Virus record (IMG/VR): IMGVR_UViG_3300033148_005005 | Location: 1 to 50,873 of that record | Length of the DNA: 50,873 bases | Source: a virus | Lineage: Duplodnaviria; Caudoviricetes | Reading direction: 5' to 3' (one strand) | Part shown: piece after piece, positions 46,751 to 50,873 of the stretch | How positions within the stretch are numbered: the first letter of the stretch is position 1 | Layout of the letters: every line of letters starts with the position of its first letter | The notes under the pieces: model-generated | What the model saw: the letters and a program-made list of their open reading frames with translations, nothing else | What the model was told of the DNA's origin: nothing | The model's database searches: none | Translations under genes and position numbers: made by a program

Positions 46751-46770
46751 TAGATTTATACATTTATTTT

Positions 46771-47247
46771 TTATAAGAAATTACCGGTTAATCTGAATGC
46801 AATAATGTCTGCTTGTTTACCTGTGTGTGTCCATCTGTAATTACCGGCAGATATGACTGTTTTATATGCGTTGCGTAAAATTACTTCAACCTCGACATTA
46901 CTAGGTACAGGGCATTTACCACCAGGCCAATAATAGAAAGGTGATTCACGCAAACAGAAACTCGTGTCTCTTTGTATCACTGAATTAGTTACAAAACGAC
47001 TACGGCCTTTATAGGCAACTGGCAGACAACCATATTCATTAAAGAACTTATAATTAAACTTTGACCAATCAATCACTGGTTCAGTGGTGTCGATGATGGC
47101 GTAGTTAAATTGATACCAATTCCATGCGGGGTGTTTATCTTCACGCCATGTCCCGTTATGTACTGCACGATAAACCACCGGCTTACCTTCACAGGCACGT
47201 CTCATCACTTCCCAAGGTTCAAGATCTTCTATTATTTTGATGCTCAT
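46771..47247 (-). CDS. Hypothetical phage protein
   Basis: SD aaggaa; P.WNW...Y and W.GG.CPV....VEV..R...W......DIIAFR modules. Confidence 0.7.
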   Translation of the reverse strand: MSIKIIEDLEPWEVMRRACEGKPVVYRAVHNGTWREDKHPAWNWYQFNYAIIDTTEPVIDWSKFNYKFFNEYGCLPVAYKGRSRFVTNSVIQRDTSFCLRESPFYYWPGGKCPVPSNVEVEVILRNAYKTVISAGNYRWTHTGKQADIIAFRLTGNFL

Positions 47248-47262
47248 TTTATTTTCCTTTCT

Positions 47263-47601
47263 TTAATTATGCATACCCAGGAAAGCAAAACAGACGGCTT
47301 CTGCCAGTGTCTCGCCTTTGAACTCGGTGTTTATCATTACGCTGTTCTCTTCGTGGGTGATCTCGATGTAATAACCGCCCGTTTTCCCTTCAGTGGCTAT
47401 AACACTGATGTTTTCTTTCACGAGCGCATATAGAAGAATGCTGGTTTGCAGCCAGTTCGTTGATGGTTCAAAATCAATAAAATATCTTGGTGATGGTTCA
47501 CAGGTTGGAAGTTCGTATTCGATCTTGTCTCCACGATCTATTAATCGGTGGCAATCAAACCATCCACCTAATGCTTGAGCTATTTCTTTGTTTATGTTCA
47601 T
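47263..47601 (-). CDS. NinX-like protein
   Basis: IN..IA.ALG, F.PSTNW, GETL.EAVC pattern. Confidence 0.55.
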   Translation of the reverse strand: MNINKEIAQALGGWFDCHRLIDRGDKIEYELPTCEPSPRYFIDFEPSTNWLQTSILLYALVKENISVIATEGKTGGYYIEITHEENSVMINTEFKGETLAEAVCFAFLGMHN

Positions 47602-47774
47602 TCTTTTATCCTTTTCCCAAGGTAATACATATCTGGAAAACCAACTCCATCTTCGATTCTTTCGCTCATTAATTCATAACCATTAGAAAGCATAAGCGTG
47701 TCAATATGCTGTTTTACTATTTCTTCTACCTCTTCACTTGTTAATCTTATTCTCATTTGTTTTTGCATATCCAT

Positions 47775-48035
47775 TTATTTATCCCACTTTTTATTTTCTT
47801 CATTGAGGTGATTTACAGCTGCTTTCTCTGCTTCCTCGAATGATGAATATTCTTCATTGTTTAGACTTGCTGATCCGTGATAAACGCGATAGAAACGTTT
47901 TACTGTTTTGTAATCAGTATACATCGCAATAGAATATTGAGGTCTTCCGATTGAGCCGTGTCCAGCTGTCCATCTTTTATATGTGTCGCTGCTCATTGTA
48001 ATGTCTTTTTTAAATTCAAGTGTTTTCATTTGCAT
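47775..48035 (-). CDS. Hypothetical protein
   Basis: Likely start MQMKTLEF downstream of the GAAA hairpin. Confidence 0.55.
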   Translation of the reverse strand: MQMKTLEFKKDITMSSDTYKRWTAGHGSIGRPQYSIAMYTDYKTVKRFYRVYHGSASLNNEEYSSFEEAEKAAVNHLNEENKKWDK

Positions 48036-48339
48036 CTCTCTTATTGAATTATTAAACAACCCGTTTATAAGCCCGCCTTTCGACGGACTCATACGCTGGT
48101 GGTTTATTGAATTTCACATAAACTGATTGTTACGGCTAATACTGCTATAACAACAGCAAGCGCCATAGCCGCAATCAAAAACCATTCAAATGCATCTAGC
48201 TTCATCTTCATTTCGTTATTCCTGTTTTAGCTGATTGTGATTAATCTAATTGTTACAGCTATTACAAAACAAACAACCAGTGTTGTAAGGACTGCTACGA
48301 AAAAATATTCTTTTTTGGTTAATTCCATGTTGTTCTCCT

Positions 48340-48864
48340 TTAATATAATGGTTTGTGTATTAATAATAAATAAACAGTGATAGGCGTTTCTTTAAATGCT
48401 TTTTTTATTTCTTCACGATGGAAAACATATCCAGAATATTCTTCATCTATATAGTTAATTGACCCTTCACCAACTAAAGCAACTATTTTCCCGCCAGGCT
48501 TTAAGCAATCCCAAGCATGATCAATATGCTTTTCAGCTAACTTATTTTTATAAGGTGGGTTCATTATAATAGCGTCGTAAATTTGACCAGGATTATAATC
48601 AACGAAGTCTGAACCAACGAAATTATAGTCTGTTAGATGTGGGTAAAATGAGTCTTGTATTTCACAAAAATCAACACTAAATTCAAATTTATACTTTTTT
48701 TCGACTGCTTTAATTAAAGCAGCAAGACCAATAGAGGGTTCTAATATTTTATCACCATGCTTGATGGCTAATAAGCCAGCCATCTGATTAGCTAATACAT
48801 TAGGTGTTTCAAAAAAATTAGTTTTCTTTTTATACTTCCTTAAATCATCTGAGTTAGTAATCAT
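48340..48864 (-). CDS. Small SAM-dependent amino (N6-adenine-type) methyltransferase
   Basis: FFETP, ILEPSIG (motif I), YDAIIMNPPY (motif IV), LKPGG.IVA. Confidence 0.8.
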   Translation of the reverse strand: MITNSDDLRKYKKKTNFFETPNVLANQMAGLLAIKHGDKILEPSIGLAALIKAVEKKYKFEFSVDFCEIQDSFYPHLTDYNFVGSDFVDYNPGQIYDAIIMNPPYKNKLAEKHIDHAWDCLKPGGKIVALVGEGSINYIDEEYSGYVFHREEIKKAFKETPITVYLLLIHKPLY

Positions 48865-48954
48865 TTTATTTTCACCTTCTGCTTTTTGTTGCGAGTGAAA
48901 AACATGCCATCGATATTCGTTTCATATTGGTGCTTTAATTCACTTGCTGTCATT

Positions 48955-49254
48955 TTATTCGCCATTGTTATCATCCTTATATCGATTAAAGGTGTCGAAT
49001 CCATGCCAGCCATTAGCCTCATTGTAGGCAACAACATAACCCAACATCTCTTCTTTAGATGAAAAGAACTTTTGTTCATCGACGCAACGACGATCATTCA
49101 TAAGACAGATACTAAATGAATTGCCACCGTTATTTTTTTCAAAGTCAACAGATACGATATGTTCATTGAAAATATGCTCTGCGAATGCTTTAAGATGGCC
49201 CTCGTAAAACAACTTTTCTTTTGTTATTTTCATGTTATTAATTTTATATTTCAT
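48955..49254 (-). CDS. Hypothetical early protein
   Basis: SD gggag near MKYKIN; first sizeable ORF after the consensus promoter. Confidence 0.55.
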   Translation of the reverse strand: MKYKINNMKITKEKLFYEGHLKAFAEHIFNEHIVSVDFEKNNGGNSFSICLMNDRRCVDEQKFFSSKEEMLGYVVAYNEANGWHGFDTFNRYKDDNNGE

Positions 49255-49436
49255 TTCATTCTCCCAGGCAGCGAACAATGCGGGTATTGTGTTTGTGTGC
49301 GTATTCAAGAGCATGACCAAGTGATGGGAAATACAACGGCTGAATCCTGTTCTCTAATTCATAATACATTTTTATCTACCTTTTTCATTTTGTGTATAAT
49401 TATATACAGTGTGTATAAATCTATACGTTATGTAGA

Positions 49437-49464
49437 ATTATACACGTGTGTATAACTATGTCAA
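49437..49464 (-). promoter_or_regulatory. Consensus leftward early promoter embedded in an operator array
   Basis: TTGACA-N16-TATAAT. Confidence 0.75.
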
Positions 49465-49711
49465 CACATTTCTACACAAAAACCCCATTTGTGTATAATT
49501 ATAGGTTTCAGGAACTTAATGTTGTAACTTCACGAAACCTTTTAAGTCATTGAAAAATAACAAAGTAACAAAAGTAACGTTTTTCTGCAAACAGAGCCTT
49601 ATAGAAAAAAATAAATGTGTATACGTATAATTATACATAGGTATTTTTCTATAGGGGTATGTATTTGTATATATTTGTTACTTTATATATATATATGTAT
49701 ATATGTATTAA

Positions 49712-49724
49712 TAAGTAGTTGATT
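49712..49724 (-). promoter_or_regulatory. IHF consensus site
   Basis: TAAGTAGTTGATT is the reverse complement of WATCAANNNNTTR; a one-mismatch copy lies at 49543-49555. Confidence 0.55.
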
Positions 49725-49740
49725 TATAACAATATTTCAG

Positions 49741-49811
49741 AGGTAACAATTAGGTAACAAACAGGTAACAAACAGGTAACAAGCGTTTTTTTGTTACCTC
49801 TGTGTTACCTC
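49741..49811. repeat. Iteron-like array: four direct AGGTAACAA copies at 11-bp period plus two inverted copies (putative origin)
   Basis: Direct copies at 49741, 49752, 49763 and 49774; TGTTACCTC at 49792 and 49803; adjacent (TA)n tract. Confidence 0.75.
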
Positions 49812-49886
49812 CCTATTTCTGTACATATTTGCATCAAGGTATGTTGGTGGTTATCATTGTTTAAAACACAAAATAATTAACCAACG

Positions 49887-50102
49887 GTGAACGGTATGAA
49901 TAAACCACTAGGTATATCAGTTGATACAAATGATGGTCGTGTATTAGTTGCGTTTGATAGAGAAGTTCAAGTTATGGAACTATCAGTTGAACAAGCTGTT
50001 AACTTTGCACAGGCCATTGTCCAAAAAGCAATCTCTCTTGATAGTAAATCAGGATTCAGTTCTACAAGTGCTGGAATAGCTTTACCAAATACAGAGCATT
50101 AA
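49887..50102 (+). CDS. Small hypothetical protein upstream of terS
   Basis: ORF track; co-oriented with the packaging genes. Confidence 0.6.
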   Translation: MNGMNKPLGISVDTNDGRVLVAFDREVQVMELSVEQAVNFAQAIVQKAISLDSKSGFSSTSAGIALPNTEH

Positions 50103-50106
50103 TGTT

Positions 50107-50667
50107 ATGGCTAAGAGTAAAAAACTCACGGACAAACAATTTCTTTTTGTTGAGAATTACTTGCTTGATCCTAATGCTGTTAAAGCTGCTCTTGCTGCTG
50201 GATTTGCTGAATCAACTGCAAAAAAGAAAGCTGCATTGTGGGTAGGTGATAGTAGGTCGAAGTGTCCAGCGAATATGAGGCATGTTTGGGATGCGTATAA
50301 TGAAGCAAAAGAAAAGCGATCTGAAGACACCGGTATTGATGCACAATGGGTTTTAAAGCGTGCTGCGTTACTGGCTGATTTTAATATTAGGAAGTTTTTA
50401 AAGGTCGATGATATTGGTAATGCTGTTTATAATTTTAAAGATGCTACTGATGATGATTGGTATTGCATTAGTGAATACACGGTTGATAATGTTTTCAAAG
50501 GATCTGGTGAAGACGTTTATGAAGTTGAGAGAATAAAATTAAAAGCTTTTGATAAATTAAAAGCACTTGATCTTGTTGGCCGTCATGTGAAAGTTAAAGC
50601 ATTTGAAAAGACAGATATCATGGTGGGCCTTACTGTTAATCTCAGCGATAAGGATTCTAAAGCCTAA
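50107..50667 (+). CDS. terS: Terminase small subunit
   Basis: LTDKQ..FVENYLLD.NA.KAALAAGF; IDAQWVL; DKLKALDLVGRH; TAATG coupling to terL. Confidence 0.92.
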   Translation: MAKSKKLTDKQFLFVENYLLDPNAVKAALAAGFAESTAKKKAALWVGDSRSKCPANMRHVWDAYNEAKEKRSEDTGIDAQWVLKRAALLADFNIRKFLKVDDIGNAVYNFKDATDDDWYCISEYTVDNVFKGSGEDVYEVERIKLKAFDKLKALDLVGRHVKVKAFEKTDIMVGLTVNLSDKDSKA

Positions 50668-50873
50668 TGTCAGCACAACAAAAAGAATTCAAATTAACGG
50701 TTGCACAAGATAAAGCGCGAGATACGCTGATATCTGATGCGGTGCATTGCTGCCTTGGCGGTGGTTCACGATCTGGCAAAACATTCTTGCTATTACGAAT
50801 GGTAATAGTTCGTGCATTGAAATCACCCAACTCTCGCCATGCTGTTTTCCGGTTTAGATTCAACGCTATTAAA
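50667..50873 (+). CDS. terL: Terminase large subunit, N-terminal part (continues at the window start)
   Basis: MSAQQKEFKLTVAQ...CLGGGSRSGKTFLLLR; position 50760 is in frame with position 1. Confidence 0.93.
   Translation, partial: MSAQQKEFKLTVAQDKARDTLISDAVHCCLGGGSRSGKTFLLLRMVIVRALKSPNSRHAVFRFRFNAIK
50760..50873. repeat. Terminal direct repeat (right copy)
   Basis: Identical to 1-114. Confidence 0.97.

Noticed and set aside
49159-49455. 98-aa plus-strand ORF
   Set aside because: It is antisense to an early gene and runs through the promoter/operator array; no SD or recognisable motif
49741-49811. Mini-CRISPR array
   Set aside because: Repeats are 9 bp with 2-bp gaps; there are no spacers and no cas genes

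Overview
The window is an apparently complete, circularly assembled dsDNA tailed-phage genome. Unit length is 50,759 bp, and positions 50760-50873 repeat positions 1-114. The layout is podovirus-like, of the BPP-1/APSE/T7-tail type. The + strand morphogenesis arm runs terS, terL (wraps across the junction), portal, Bbp19-like, scaffold, major capsid, decoration, adaptor, nozzle, internal virion/ejection proteins, tail fibre, then amidase-holin-spanin lysis genes. The replication/recombination arm holds RecT, DUF1351-like, YqaJ exonuclease, Cro-like HTH, SSB, two HNH nucleases, a SF2 helicase, VRR-NUC, a P4-alpha-like primase-helicase and a small adenine methyltransferase. I see no integrase, CI repressor, DNA polymerase or RNA polymerase. 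The SSB sequence and spanins suggest a Gram-negative, probably gammaproteobacterial, host (inference). The most unusual signals are: (1) a 148-nt tRNA-Leu-like RNA with encoded CCA, no canonical anticodon loop and extra hairpins, sitting where cI would be and heading the recombination operon; (2) a giant ejection/polyvalent protein that appears split in two by a 4.7-kb six-gene structural/glycan-binding cassette; (3) a promoter- and terminator-flanked moron encoding a secreted CxxCH protein inside the head operon; (4) a tail adaptor with a tandem-duplicated domain; (5) a structured capsid-gene leader RNA with a duplicated internal loop; and (6) a shared 14-bp palindromic operator plus an iteron/IHF origin-like region. 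All family assignments come from motif recognition by eye; no database search was run.
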